Part shown: positions 8,570 to 17,176 of the stretch, in pieces
Layout: each line of letters begins with the position of its first letter
Numbering within the stretch: the stretch's first letter is position 1
Source of the DNA: Sedimentisphaerales bacterium
Lineage (GTDB): Bacteria > Planctomycetota > Phycisphaerae > Sedimentisphaerales > Anaerobacaceae
Assembly: GCA_963708075.1 (NCBI GenBank)
Contig: OY970194.1
Location: 4,448,001 to 4,512,000 of the forward strand
DNA: 64,000 nucleotides
Direction: 5' to 3'
Notes under the pieces: generated by a model
Told to the model about the DNA's origin: nothing
The model's input: the letters and a program-made list of their open reading frames with translations, nothing else
The model's database searches: none
Made by a program: the position numbers and the translations under genes

Positions 8570-10336
8570 TCACAGTTTCTTGGCAAGGGCGTCGCGCTGG
8601 CGGCGGATGCCGGCGGGCAGATGGTCGCCGAACTGGCCGAGGAATTCATCGATCTGCTTCAACTCAGCCTGCCAGCCCTGACGGTCCACTTCGAAGAGCT
8701 TCTCCATCTTTTCCTTTGCGATCTTCAGGCCCGACGTGTCGAGATCGGCGGTGTTCGGGACCAGGCCGATGGGCGTCTCCCTGGCGCCGACGCGATTGTT
8801 CGCACGGTCCAGGATCCACTTGATCACGCGGATATTCTCGCCGAAGCCCGGCCAGATGAACTTGCCCTGGTCGTCCACGCGGAACCAGTTGACGGAATAA
8901 ATCTTCGGTGGGTGCTTGAGCCGCTTGCCCATATTGAGCCAGTGGCCGAAGTAGTCGCCCATGTTGTAGCCGCAGAACGGCAGCATGGACATCGGGTCTC
9001 TTCGCAGCACGCCTGTCTTGCCGGCGGCCGCTGCAGTCGTTTCCGACCCGCTCCTGGCACCTATAAACACGCCCTGCTCCCAGTCAAATGCTTCGGCCAC
9101 CAGTGGAACGAGTTGAGTCCGCTTGCCGCCGAAGAGGATCGCCGAGATCGGCACGCCTTTGGGATTGTCGAACTCCTTGGACAGGGTCGGAGCGTTGTAG
9201 AGCGAGACGGTGAACCGCGAATTCGCGTGCGCTGCCTTGCCCTCCTGGCCGGGAGTCCAGGGCTTGCCCTGCCAGTCGATCACACGATTGGGCACAGCGC
9301 CATCGGCGCCTTCCCACCAGGGTTCGTTCTTGTCGAGGTCCAGCCCCGTATTCGTGAAGAGCGTCGGGTAGAACTTGGCCGCTTTGAGCGTTCGAACCAT
9401 GTTCGGATTGGTCTTCATGGATGTCCCCGGGGCGACGCCGAAGAAGCCCGTCTCCGGGTTGATGGCGTAGAGCCGGCCATCGGGACCGACGTTCAGCCAG
9501 GCGATATCATCGCCGATCGTCCAAATCTTGTAGCCGGGCAGGGCCGATTCGAGCATGGCAAGATTCGTCTTGCCGCAGGCCGAGGGGAATGCAGCCGTGA
9601 TGTATGTGATCCGGCCCTCGGGGTCCTGGATCCCCATGACCACCATGTGCTCGGCCAGCCAGCCTTCCCGCTGCCCAAGGCACGACGCGATTCTCAGGGA
9701 GAAGCACTTCTTGCCGAGCAATGCGTTGCCGCCGTAGCCCGAGCCGATGCTCCAGACGAGGCTGTCCTGCGGGAAGTGCATAATGAAACGGCGGTTCGGA
9801 TCGAAATCGCCGACCGAGTGCAGGCCTTTGACAAAGTCGTCGCCGCTGCCGATCATGTCGACGACCTTCTTGCTCATGCGGGTCATGATCCGCATGCTCA
9901 CAGCGACGTAGCTGACGTCGGTGATCTGGACGCACTTCTTGGCGTACGGCGAATCGGGGTGGCCCATCATGTAGGGCAGCACATACATGGTCTTGCCGCG
10001 CATGCAGCCGTCGGTGAGCTTCGTCAGCTTCTCCTTCGCCTCCGCCGGGGCCATCCAGTTGTTGTTGGGACCGGCCTGGTCCTTCTCCGGATGGCAGACG
10101 AACGTCAACTGCTCCGTGCGGGCCACGTCCGTCGGGTGGCTGCGGTGGTAATACGCCGTGGGCCAGGTCTTCTGATTCAACTCCTGGAAGATAGGAGTCT
10201 CGCCGATCTTCTCCTCCTTTATTCCGATCTCGATCAGCTTGCGTGCCTCTTCTTCCGAGCCGTCGCACCAGTGTATTCTGTCCGGCTTGGTAAGTCTTGC
10301 CTGCTCTTCCACCCATCTCTCAAGCGGTGTTGCCAT
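8570..10336 (-). CDS. pckG: phosphoenolpyruvate carboxykinase (GTP)
   Basis: SGYGGNALLGKKC, WLAEHM, AAFPSACGKTNLAM, GDDIAW, RDPMSMLPFCGYN; AAGGAG RBS before MATPLE. Confidence 0.96.
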   Translation of the reverse strand: MATPLERWVEEQARLTKPDRIHWCDGSEEEARKLIEIGIKEEKIGETPIFQELNQKTWPTAYYHRSHPTDVARTEQLTFVCHPEKDQAGPNNNWMAPAEAKEKLTKLTDGCMRGKTMYVLPYMMGHPDSPYAKKCVQITDVSYVAVSMRIMTRMSKKVVDMIGSGDDFVKGLHSVGDFDPNRRFIMHFPQDSLVWSIGSGYGGNALLGKKCFSLRIASCLGQREGWLAEHMVVMGIQDPEGRITYITAAFPSACGKTNLAMLESALPGYKIWTIGDDIAWLNVGPDGRLYAINPETGFFGVAPGTSMKTNPNMVRTLKAAKFYPTLFTNTGLDLDKNEPWWEGADGAVPNRVIDWQGKPWTPGQEGKAAHANSRFTVSLYNAPTLSKEFDNPKGVPISAILFGGKRTQLVPLVAEAFDWEQGVFIGARSGSETTAAAAGKTGVLRRDPMSMLPFCGYNMGDYFGHWLNMGKRLKHPPKIYSVNWFRVDDQGKFIWPGFGENIRVIKWILDRANNRVGARETPIGLVPNTADLDTSGLKIAKEKMEKLFEVDRQGWQAELKQIDEFLGQFGDHLPAGIRRQRDALAKKL

Positions 10337-10526
10337 GTTCTGCTTTTCTCCTTGCCCGCGAGGCCCTGCTTTACGCATACAGAGTCGCCCCGCATCAGAC
10401 GTTTCTTCTATTGCCCCCTATGTACGTGCTGCCGCTCGGCGTATTTTGCTGGGACAGGCGGCCACTATTTCGCGCATACACTGTTACTGTTTGACTTTGT
10501 GCCCGGGGGGTCCCAAGAGCCGAAGA

Positions 10527-10555
10527 ATTCTATCGGTCGCTCCGAGGCGTGTCAA
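10527..10555 (-). promoter_or_regulatory. sigma70-type promoter for pckG
   Basis: TTGACA-17bp-TAGAAT on minus strand. Confidence 0.7.
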
Positions 10556-10612
10556 CAGATTTTCTTACCAAACCCTCTTCAGATGTCTGTGCAGGTTTTA
10601 GGGCACTGTGCC

Positions 10613-10867
10613 GGGTGGCACGGGCAAACTCGCTTTGCCCGTGGGATTTCGGTGGAGCAGGCTTGGTCGAAGCAGCACCGTCAAACGAGTTGGGTTCGTC
10701 CCATGTTCTTGAGCTTTGGGTGGCAGCGTCAAGCGCAGCTTGGCGATGGTTTGCCCATTCGCCATCGCCAAGGCCTTCGGCCTTGACGCTGCCACCCGTC
10801 TGCGAAGCTTGTCCAGGCCCAATCTCAAGAAGATGGGACGTTGCCAACGAGTCTGGCGGCGCCACCC
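10613..10867. mobile_element. nested palindromic elements: family B copy interrupted by an IR-bounded element that contains a family A copy (10718-10797)
   Basis: matches reverse complement of 851-942 up to aacgagt (10684-10690), resumes at aacgagt (10846-10852); 17-bp IRs at 10697-10713 and 10824-10840. Confidence 0.75.
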
Positions 10868-10912
10868 GGCTGCCAGAGTATTTTCACAGGCACTGACGGA
10901 TCGGCAGGCGCA

Positions 10913-10945
10913 AAAGGAAAGCCGGGCTGGTACGGAGCCCGGCTT
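10913..10945 (-). terminator. intrinsic terminator of the ECF operon
   Basis: minus strand aagccgggct-ccgtacc-agcccggctt followed by T-rich tract. Confidence 0.55.
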
Positions 10946-10966
10946 CGTCGTTTCGGGGAGTGCCGC

Positions 10967-12142
10967 TCATTTCACGGGGAACGTATACTCATACGTCTTG
11001 TTCTTGGACAGGTCCTTTCCCCGGCAACGGAGGATAAAGCCGGTGCGCGTCCGCTCGTACTGGAAATCCTGGCCGCTGAAGGGGTCTTTCGGCAGGCCCT
11101 CAGGCAACACTTCGGGGAATCGCCCCGCCTCCGCACGCTGCAGGCAGAGCTCCACGGCGGCCTTCGTCGCGTTGGCACAGGCATCGAGGCTTGTCTTGAC
11201 CGACAAGGTAGCGCCCAGTGCCGGAGCAAGAGTGCTGACGACGACCGACGCCGGATCTTTCGCGTCCAGGCCGCTCACGAGAGTGTTCAGCTCGAGATAA
11301 GCCTGCTCATAGGGCTTGGACCCGCTGAGAATGGCCAGCGCCGACATGAAGTACTGCGAGTAGAGCTGCCTTGCCCGCTCCAGGGTCGCCTCATCGGCCG
11401 ATGCAAGGAACTTCACCTGGTCGTTGTCTTTCTGCGCCACGTCCACCAATATGCCGGCGAGCTTGTCGCGTTTGTCCATCTGCATAAGGTCCAGCGCGAT
11501 CTCCATCTCGACCTTCAGCGGCGTGACCGGAGAAAGCCCGCTTGTGGGGGAGGGGCTCAACTCATGCTTCAACCACCGCAGCAACTCCGCATCCTTGGCG
11601 GCCGAGCCGATGATGTCGTCCATGCACTCGTATCCCAACCGCTGCACCGCCACACCGACCAGGTACGCGATCAGCGGGTCGTCGCCGATGTGACGTGCGA
11701 ACGTCCCCATCTGCAGGCAGCGTTCGAGGGCCCCCTTGTAGTCGCCATCCAGTGCCTGAACTCGTGCGTCGGCGAGCAGCACATAGCTCAGGAATCGTAT
11801 CTGGGCCAGGTAAGGCATTACCGCCTCAAACCCCTGCGAGTACCGGAAACCCCAGTTGCTTATCACCAGCGGCCTCGCGGCATCGGCAAGAACGATGGCC
11901 CCGCGGCACTTCTCGACGTACTCGCGTGTCTTCTCATTCGGCGCCACCGTGCCCTTCGCCACGTCGGCAAGATGATCCCGCGCCTCTTTGTCCAGATCCG
12001 GAAGGCTGATGAACGCCTGATAGTAGAGCAGCGCCGCGTTGTCCGGGTCCGGCGGTATTACTGCACGCACCGGCGATGCAGTCCACGAAGTCACCAAAAC
12101 CGCAGCCATTGCGGCCAACAGCCAATGATTTGCCCGTTTCAT
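10967..12142 (-). CDS. secreted helical hypothetical protein with C-terminal PKDPFSG motif
   Basis: signal peptide MKRANHWLLAA...VRA; DNAALLYYQAF; C-terminal LPKDPFSGQDFQY (pseudopilin-like motif); third gene of ECF operon. Confidence 0.75.
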   Translation of the reverse strand: MKRANHWLLAAMAAVLVTSWTASPVRAVIPPDPDNAALLYYQAFISLPDLDKEARDHLADVAKGTVAPNEKTREYVEKCRGAIVLADAARPLVISNWGFRYSQGFEAVMPYLAQIRFLSYVLLADARVQALDGDYKGALERCLQMGTFARHIGDDPLIAYLVGVAVQRLGYECMDDIIGSAAKDAELLRWLKHELSPSPTSGLSPVTPLKVEMEIALDLMQMDKRDKLAGILVDVAQKDNDQVKFLASADEATLERARQLYSQYFMSALAILSGSKPYEQAYLELNTLVSGLDAKDPASVVVSTLAPALGATLSVKTSLDACANATKAAVELCLQRAEAGRFPEVLPEGLPKDPFSGQDFQYERTRTGFILRCRGKDLSKNKTYEYTFPVK

Positions 12143-12171
12143 AGTTCTATCCTTTCGATTCCTCAATCCAA

Positions 12172-12732
12172 TCACATACTGAACAGTCCACGTATTGGCA
12201 CACTTGATGACCGCGGTCTGAATTCATCCAGAGTGTCCTGCAACTGTCGATCCAACGCCTCAAATCCCCCCTGCTGATATGTCGCTCTCAGCGACATCAT
12301 GCTCATCTTGCTCGTCGGTGATGACAGGGCCACCGGTCCCGGCGAGTCGCCCGGCTTATCCGGCCCATGCCCATTACGGCTGAGGACGAACAGCCCCACC
12401 GCCACCGCAATTGCTGCCGCCACGGCGAGCTTGGCCCACCACGCCCATCGTCTGGGTGGCAGCGGCAAGCGCAGCTTGCCGATGGCTTGTGGGATACGTG
12501 TTGACACCATCGGCAAGCTCCGAAGACTCCGCTTGCCGCTGCCACCCGCGTTTCTCGCTTTGACAGGACCGGGCAAGCCCTGGCCTCCGGTCTGCTCGCC
12601 ACGCGCCACAAGCGCCTGATACTCCTCCTGATGCTTCTGCTTCCACGCCTGGGCATCGAACACCGGCGTGGTCCCGTCCACCGCCCGCTGAAGCTGCTTA
12701 TCGAGCCACTGTTCGTCTTTTCGCTCGCTCAT
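12172..12732 (-). CDS. putative membrane anti-sigma factor carrying an in-frame family A repeat
   Basis: 4-bp overlap with ECF gene, single TM helix (WAKLAVAAAIAVAVGLFVL); repeat-derived peptide GGSGKRSLRSLPMVSTRIPQAIGKLRLPLPP. Confidence 0.75.
   Translation of the reverse strand: MSERKDEQWLDKQLQRAVDGTTPVFDAQAWKQKHQEEYQALVARGEQTGGQGLPGPVKARNAGGSGKRSLRSLPMVSTRIPQAIGKLRLPLPPRRWAWWAKLAVAAAIAVAVGLFVLSRNGHGPDKPGDSPGPVALSSPTSKMSMMSLRATYQQGGFEALDRQLQDTLDEFRPRSSSVPIRGLFSM
12454..12547. repeat. palindromic miniature element, family A copy inside a CDS
   Basis: 94 bp, arms nearly identical to 5380-5473. Confidence 0.9.
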
Positions 12733-13292
12733 AGGTCCACCTCGTCAAACCCGTCCCGCCCCAGGTACTGGGCCAGTTGCCTCTTGGCCCGCCGCAGCCG
12801 GCCGTTGATCGCCTGCTCGGAGATCCCCAGCACCGCCGATATCTGCTCATAAGACAGGCCGTCATAAAATCTCAGGTAAACCACTTCCTTCGCCTCCGCC
12901 GGCAGCCGACCCAAAGCCTTCTTCACCGCCTCCCCGGCCTCATCCAACTCCGACCCGCCCTCACCCACCGGCTCCACCGGCTCATCATCCGCCGACAATC
13001 CGGGCCGCAACCGCGCCAGGTCCCTGGCCTCATTGCGGCAGATCGCCGCCACCCACCGGCCGAACTGCTCCGGCTTGCGAAGCCTCGGCAGATGCACCGC
13101 CGCCTTGGCAAACGTCTGCTGAGCTGCATCCTCCGCCAAATGCCGATCGCCAAGAATGGCATGCCCAATAGCCACCATCGGCCCATAGTACCGCCGGCAC
13201 AGCTCCGTAAAGCTGTCCCCGTCGCCCCTGGCGGCCTGCTCGACCAGCACATTGTCAGCTCTGTCGTTCACGTATCTTCTCGACGCTGCCAA
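12729..13292 (-). CDS. ECF RNA polymerase sigma factor
   Basis: GDGDSFTELCRRY, AEDAAQQTF (region 2), LRFYDGLSYEQISAVLGISEQAINGRLRRA (region 4); start uncertain. Confidence 0.9.
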   Translation of the reverse strand: MAASRRYVNDRADNVLVEQAARGDGDSFTELCRRYYGPMVAIGHAILGDRHLAEDAAQQTFAKAAVHLPRLRKPEQFGRWVAAICRNEARDLARLRPGLSADDEPVEPVGEGGSELDEAGEAVKKALGRLPAEAKEVVYLRFYDGLSYEQISAVLGISEQAINGRLRRAKRQLAQYLGRDGFDEVDL

Positions 13293-13491
13293 AGAACGCC
13301 CAACTCACACCCGTCTTCACCCCCAAGACCGCCCCACCCGCCCCAAATGGGCGCAAAATCCCCCGCCCGCCACAAATTATATGCCCGCCCCCACCCCAGC
13401 GCAAGCCAAAACCTACCGCCCTGAGCCCTCCGCACGGCAACCGGACAAGGAATGGTGAGCAGACGAGATCATTTGTGACAAGAAGAGAGTG

Positions 13492-13500
13492 TGTTATAAT
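13492..13500 (+). promoter_or_regulatory. extended -10 promoter for DUF2442 gene
   Basis: TGTTATAAT about 25 bp upstream of ATG. Confidence 0.5.
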
Positions 13501-13524
13501 CATGGACCGGATTGAAGGTGGATC

Positions 13525-13827
13525 ATGTGGAATTTGAACGAAGTGACGAGGATCAGATACAAAAGCGGGTACTGCTATCATATCGTCTTTGACGATGGGG
13601 CCAGCGGGGACGTTGATTTTTCCGAGTACCTTGACAAGGGCCCGGTGTTTGCCCCTCTGCGAGACTTGGACTTCTTCAAGGAGGCACGCATCGAAGGGGG
13701 AACGATCTCCTGGCCCAACGGAGCCGATATTGCTCCGGAGTCCCTCTACGAGAGGGTCGAGAGGACTCGCCAAGCGCCGGAGCCTCCCGCAGCCCGCCCA
13801 AGCCGCCGAGCCAAAGGCAGGGCCTGA
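13525..13827 (+). CDS. DUF2442 domain protein
   Basis: [38 protein letters not shown]. Confidence 0.85.
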   Translation: MWNLNEVTRIRYKSGYCYHIVFDDGASGDVDFSEYLDKGPVFAPLRDLDFFKEARIEGGTISWPNGADIAPESLYERVERTRQAPEPPAARPSRRAKGRA

Positions 13828-13929
13828 CCTGAGCGCTTGTCAACGAAGGGGCGTCAAGGAACGCTATGCTCAGTTCCCGGCCGAAATAAGTGAGTCGTCC
13901 AGAATTAAAGATGGTCCGGAGCACGGGTT

Positions 13930-14850
13930 ATGGCTGCTGAAGAAGTGAAGCTACAGACACGTGAACTCGCTGATTTCATTCGGCTCGTAGAAGACTGGAG
14001 GAATCAGTGGAACGTCGGAGAACGCGCGGTCTTCAGAGGGCATGCTGACTCTAATTGGATCCTCATAGCCAAATTGTTCAGAAACCCCGGTGCCAAGCCT
14101 GAGAACAACAAAGGTGATGAGGCAGCCGAGGTTGAGGAGCAACTGCTGGGTGAACATTTGGAGATGATGGAGGCTCATAGTCTGGAGCATAGGCTGTTTC
14201 ATGATTTTTCCCGATATCTCTATGCATATCGGCCTGACTTGGTTTGTACCCTCCCGACGGAAGAGAGAGGCAATACTCGATCGATGCAGGAGTGGAGACA
14301 GTTGGCTATCGCCCAACATTATGGGCTACCGACCCGCTTTCTCGATTTCACCACGAACATGCTCGTCGCATTGTTCTTTGCAGTCGAGGAACCGACGGTA
14401 CGTCGGAGGACGATGAACGGAGAATGGCAAGAGCAAGACAGTGCTGTTTGGTGCATCGAGGTGCAAAATCGCCTGAAGGTCTGGCAGGTCTGGCAGAAAG
14501 ACGGTGTTTGGCTATCGCCTCTGGAGTTTGCAGAGGAAGGCAGCGAGCCGCCAATCGCCAAATTCATAGACACTGCCTACGTCCCAGAGCACATTGACGA
14601 ACGCGTTCGCGCGCAGGGAAGCGTCTTCATGTGTGAACCTCGCGGCAAGAAGGATGGCTGGCAACTTCACACACGCCTTAGGGACAAGACGGAGACCATT
14701 CTGAATCGCAAGGCGGGCGAAAAGAAGGGGACCCGAACCCTCAGGATTCGCATACCCCAGGACGCCCGCGAGTCGTTACGAAATCAACTGGACCTTGTGG
14801 GCGTCAATCGCGCCACCTTGTTTCCAGACCTTGGATCGGCCGCGAAGTAG
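13930..14850 (+). CDS. FRG domain protein (possibly prematurely stopped; frame stays open to 14895)
   Basis: VFRGHAD, AQHYGLPTRFLDFT, VALFFAV, RVRAQGSVF, LFPDL. Confidence 0.88.
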   Translation: MAAEEVKLQTRELADFIRLVEDWRNQWNVGERAVFRGHADSNWILIAKLFRNPGAKPENNKGDEAAEVEEQLLGEHLEMMEAHSLEHRLFHDFSRYLYAYRPDLVCTLPTEERGNTRSMQEWRQLAIAQHYGLPTRFLDFTTNMLVALFFAVEEPTVRRRTMNGEWQEQDSAVWCIEVQNRLKVWQVWQKDGVWLSPLEFAEEGSEPPIAKFIDTAYVPEHIDERVRAQGSVFMCEPRGKKDGWQLHTRLRDKTETILNRKAGEKKGTRTLRIRIPQDARESLRNQLDLVGVNRATLFPDLGSAAK

Positions 14851-15095
14851 TTGGCATGGGCAGTTCATCAGCGTAAAAGAAGCTACCTCAAGTAGCAAGG
14901 CCATTGACCGCTGGTCAGTTAGTCGCTATGGGTCGCACTTACAAAGTCCACATTCTCTCCCAACACTTCCAATCTTCGGACGGAAGGTTCTCTTTCATCT
15001 GGCAGGGCCCGCTTCGTTCCGAAGTCACAGCCTCATTGTAGAGCCACGCCGACAAAGATACAAAGAGGCCGACGGACAGTACCTCTTTTGTCCCT

Positions 15096-15617
15096 TTACT
15101 TTCCTTCCGATAGGTATCCAATCCTGCCCTTCTGTTGTTGCGGGTCTGGCGGCTCCATCAATGCGCGAATCGCGTCGAAGACGATCTTGAATTGGCTGTC
15201 GTACTTGCGTTCGAGTCGCGCGATTTTTGCGGCCAGATCAGTGTGGGAGGCCAGAAGGTGGCGCAATCGCGAGAAGGCACGCATGATCTCGATATTCACC
15301 TGAATGGCACGTTGACTGCGCAGGACGCTCGACAGCATGGCGACGCCGTGCTCCGTGAAGGCATACGGAGGGTACCGACGGCCGCCCCACTCACTTGAGG
15401 TGCCAAAATGGCATCTCAAGTCTGCGAACTCCTCGCGGGACAGTTGGAACATGAAATCTTCGGGAAATCGTTCGATGTTGCGCTTCATCGCGCGAACGAG
15501 GTTTCCTGTGGCGACCCCGTACAGTTCCGCAAGTTGACTGTCGAGAAGGACTTTCTGGCCTCGGATCAAAAGAATCTGACGTTCAATCCGCTCAACAGGG
15601 ACTAATGCCGCTTTCAT
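15096..15617 (-). CDS. ORF6N (KilA-N-like) DNA-binding domain protein
   Basis: [60 protein letters not shown]. Confidence 0.92.
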   Translation of the reverse strand: MKAALVPVERIERQILLIRGQKVLLDSQLAELYGVATGNLVRAMKRNIERFPEDFMFQLSREEFADLRCHFGTSSEWGGRRYPPYAFTEHGVAMLSSVLRSQRAIQVNIEIMRAFSRLRHLLASHTDLAAKIARLERKYDSQFKIVFDAIRALMEPPDPQQQKGRIGYLSEGK

Positions 15618-15690
15618 TCTCTCTCGGCCTCCAAAACCGCCACACTCAATTGCCGCCAGCAATGATAGGGGGACGCTGACGAAGAATCAA
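15618..15690 (-). promoter_or_regulatory. promoter plus conserved leader/RBS module, copy 1
   Basis: TTGATT-17-TATCAT then ttgagtgtggcggttttggaggccgagagagaATG. Confidence 0.6.
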
Positions 15691-15748
15691 GGAGCAGATT
15701 GCAGAAACCAGAGGGAATTGAAGGTATACGAGGGCCGGGGCCGTATCT

Positions 15749-15856
15749 TCATGGTTCATCGTTAGGGAAGAGGCGGGCAGGGTTACCAAGAGCGATGGAA
15801 GCTCGCACGAATTGCTCGATCTGCTCCTGCGAAACGCCCAAATCTGTCGCCGTCAT
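15749..15856 (-). pseudogene. 35-codon ORF, possible N-terminal remnant of a minimal nucleotidyltransferase gene
   Basis: MTATDLGVSQEQIEQFVR resembles MNT N-termini; extended -10 TGGTAGAAT upstream. Confidence 0.25.
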
Positions 15857-15969
15857 CACCAAAACCTTTCCCAAGTTGGCTCCATTCTACCATAGTCGCA
15901 TCTCGTATCCGTATGAAGATCCCTTGTGGCTGCGTGCCTGTGTCTTTGCACGTTTTAGGGCACAGTGCC

Positions 15970-16063
15970 GGGTGGCAGCGGCAAGCGCCAGCTTGCCGAT
16001 GGCTCATGTCTACGCACAGACACCATCGGCAAGCTCCGAAGACTCCGCTTGCCGCTGCCACCC
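15970..16063. repeat. palindromic miniature element, family A copy
   Basis: 94 bp, near identical to 33170-33263. Confidence 0.9.
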
Positions 16064-16199
16064 ACCACTTGAGTGTAGTCGGACCACTACCGCTGACGCC
16101 CGGTCCGTGGCCCTGCGTCGGATGCCGCTGTGATTCCGTGGAACTTTGCGGGGAGTCGGCGGTATAACGGGGCGGAACAGAGTTCGGGCGGTCGGCGGC

Positions 16200-16742
16200 A
16201 TGATGGACGAACAGGAAGTGATCCAACGCGTTCTCAAGGGCGATACCGAGTCGTTTCGGCTGGTGGTCGAGCGGTACGCCGGGGCGGTGGCGCGGATGAT
16301 CCGGAACGTCGTGGGTGACAGTCACACGTGTGAGGATCTCGCCCAGGAGGTGTTTCTCACGGCGTATGCCAAGCTCGGGACATTCGATCCGGCCCGGAGC
16401 CGGTTCTCCACGTGGCTCTTCACCATTGCCCGGAACAAGGCCGTCAACGCCGCGGCGAGAAAGAAGCCCCGGTATATGGCGGACCCGCCCGAGCGGGCGG
16501 ACGCGAGTGACCCGGAGGTGACCGCGGAAAAGAAGGAACTGCTGGCGGCACTGGATCGGGCCGTGCTGGCTCTGCCGCTGAACCAGCGGACGGCGTTTGT
16601 GCTGGCGGAATTCGAGCTGCTCCCGTACGAGCAGATCGCACAGATTGAAGGCGTCAGGCTCGGAACGATCAAATCGAGAATCAATCGCGCCAGGGTCAAT
16701 TTGACGGAAGTGCTCAGACAATTCGAGGCAGATATCTCATGA
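16200..16742 (+). CDS. ECF RNA polymerase sigma factor
   Basis: GDTESFRLVVERY, EDLAQEVF, FSTWLFTIARN, YEQIAQIEGVRLGTIKSRINRA. Confidence 0.92.
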   Translation: MMDEQEVIQRVLKGDTESFRLVVERYAGAVARMIRNVVGDSHTCEDLAQEVFLTAYAKLGTFDPARSRFSTWLFTIARNKAVNAAARKKPRYMADPPERADASDPEVTAEKKELLAALDRAVLALPLNQRTAFVLAEFELLPYEQIAQIEGVRLGTIKSRINRARVNLTEVLRQFEADIS

Positions 16743-16984
16743 ATCCACAGGAAGTCTTCGAGGCCTGGAAGGCACGGAAATCGCAGGGTGACGTGAGCCG
16801 GGAGTTTACTGATCGGGTCATGGTCGCCGTCCGCCGTCGAGAAATGACACGAGTCATCGGAGGCATGGCACCGCTGCGGCAGATAGCGGCACGGCCATGG
16901 GCCAGGGCCGCAGCGCTGATCGCGGGAACGCTCCTCGGGCTTGCCCGAATCCTCGCCACCCTTCATCTGATCCTGTTCGCCTAA
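16739..16984 (+). CDS. small putative anti-sigma factor (single TM)
   Basis: ATGA overlap with ECF gene; FTDRVM motif; C-terminal hydrophobic helix. Confidence 0.7.
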   Translation: MNPQEVFEAWKARKSQGDVSREFTDRVMVAVRRREMTRVIGGMAPLRQIAARPWARAAALIAGTLLGLARILATLHLILFA

Positions 16985-17157
16985 CCAAGTCCGCAGAAGT
17001 CTTTTGACGTTGTGGTGTCAGAGGACTCTGGCGGACTTGATCAAGAATCACCCCCGGGGGCGGGGGTGCCACATAAGAAACATGTAGCCCAGCCGCCCTC
17101 GGCTGGGTATTCCTGAGCACGTCCGCCTTGTCAAGAAACTTCTGCGGACCTGCTTAG
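16981..17157. mobile_element. MITE-like element with ~28-bp imperfect terminal IRs, containing a REP pair
   Basis: ctaaccaagtccgcagaagtcttttgac vs gtcaagaaacttctgcggacctgcttag (24/28); internal outward-facing gtggcacccccgcc / gtagcccagccgcc REPs at ~17048-17107. Confidence 0.65.
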
Positions 17158-17176
17158 TCGAGAAAGGAACACCTTT

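Noticed and set aside
8495..10786. 763-aa plus-strand ORF, and similar long ORFs (1308-2972, 43151-45022, 46502-48433, 54353-56653, 61336-63042)
   Set aside because: Antisense shadows of well-supported genes in high-GC DNA; no recognisable motifs
13825..13880. Integron attC site after the DUF2442 gene
   Set aside because: Weak ctgagc/gctcag inverted repeat without RYYYAAC/GTTRRRY boxes; no integrase in the window
14848..14850. Genome-wide TAG recoding or pyrrolysine
   Set aside because: TAG is the normal stop of other genes here (e.g. 304-306, 39687-39689) and no other gene shows internal TAG
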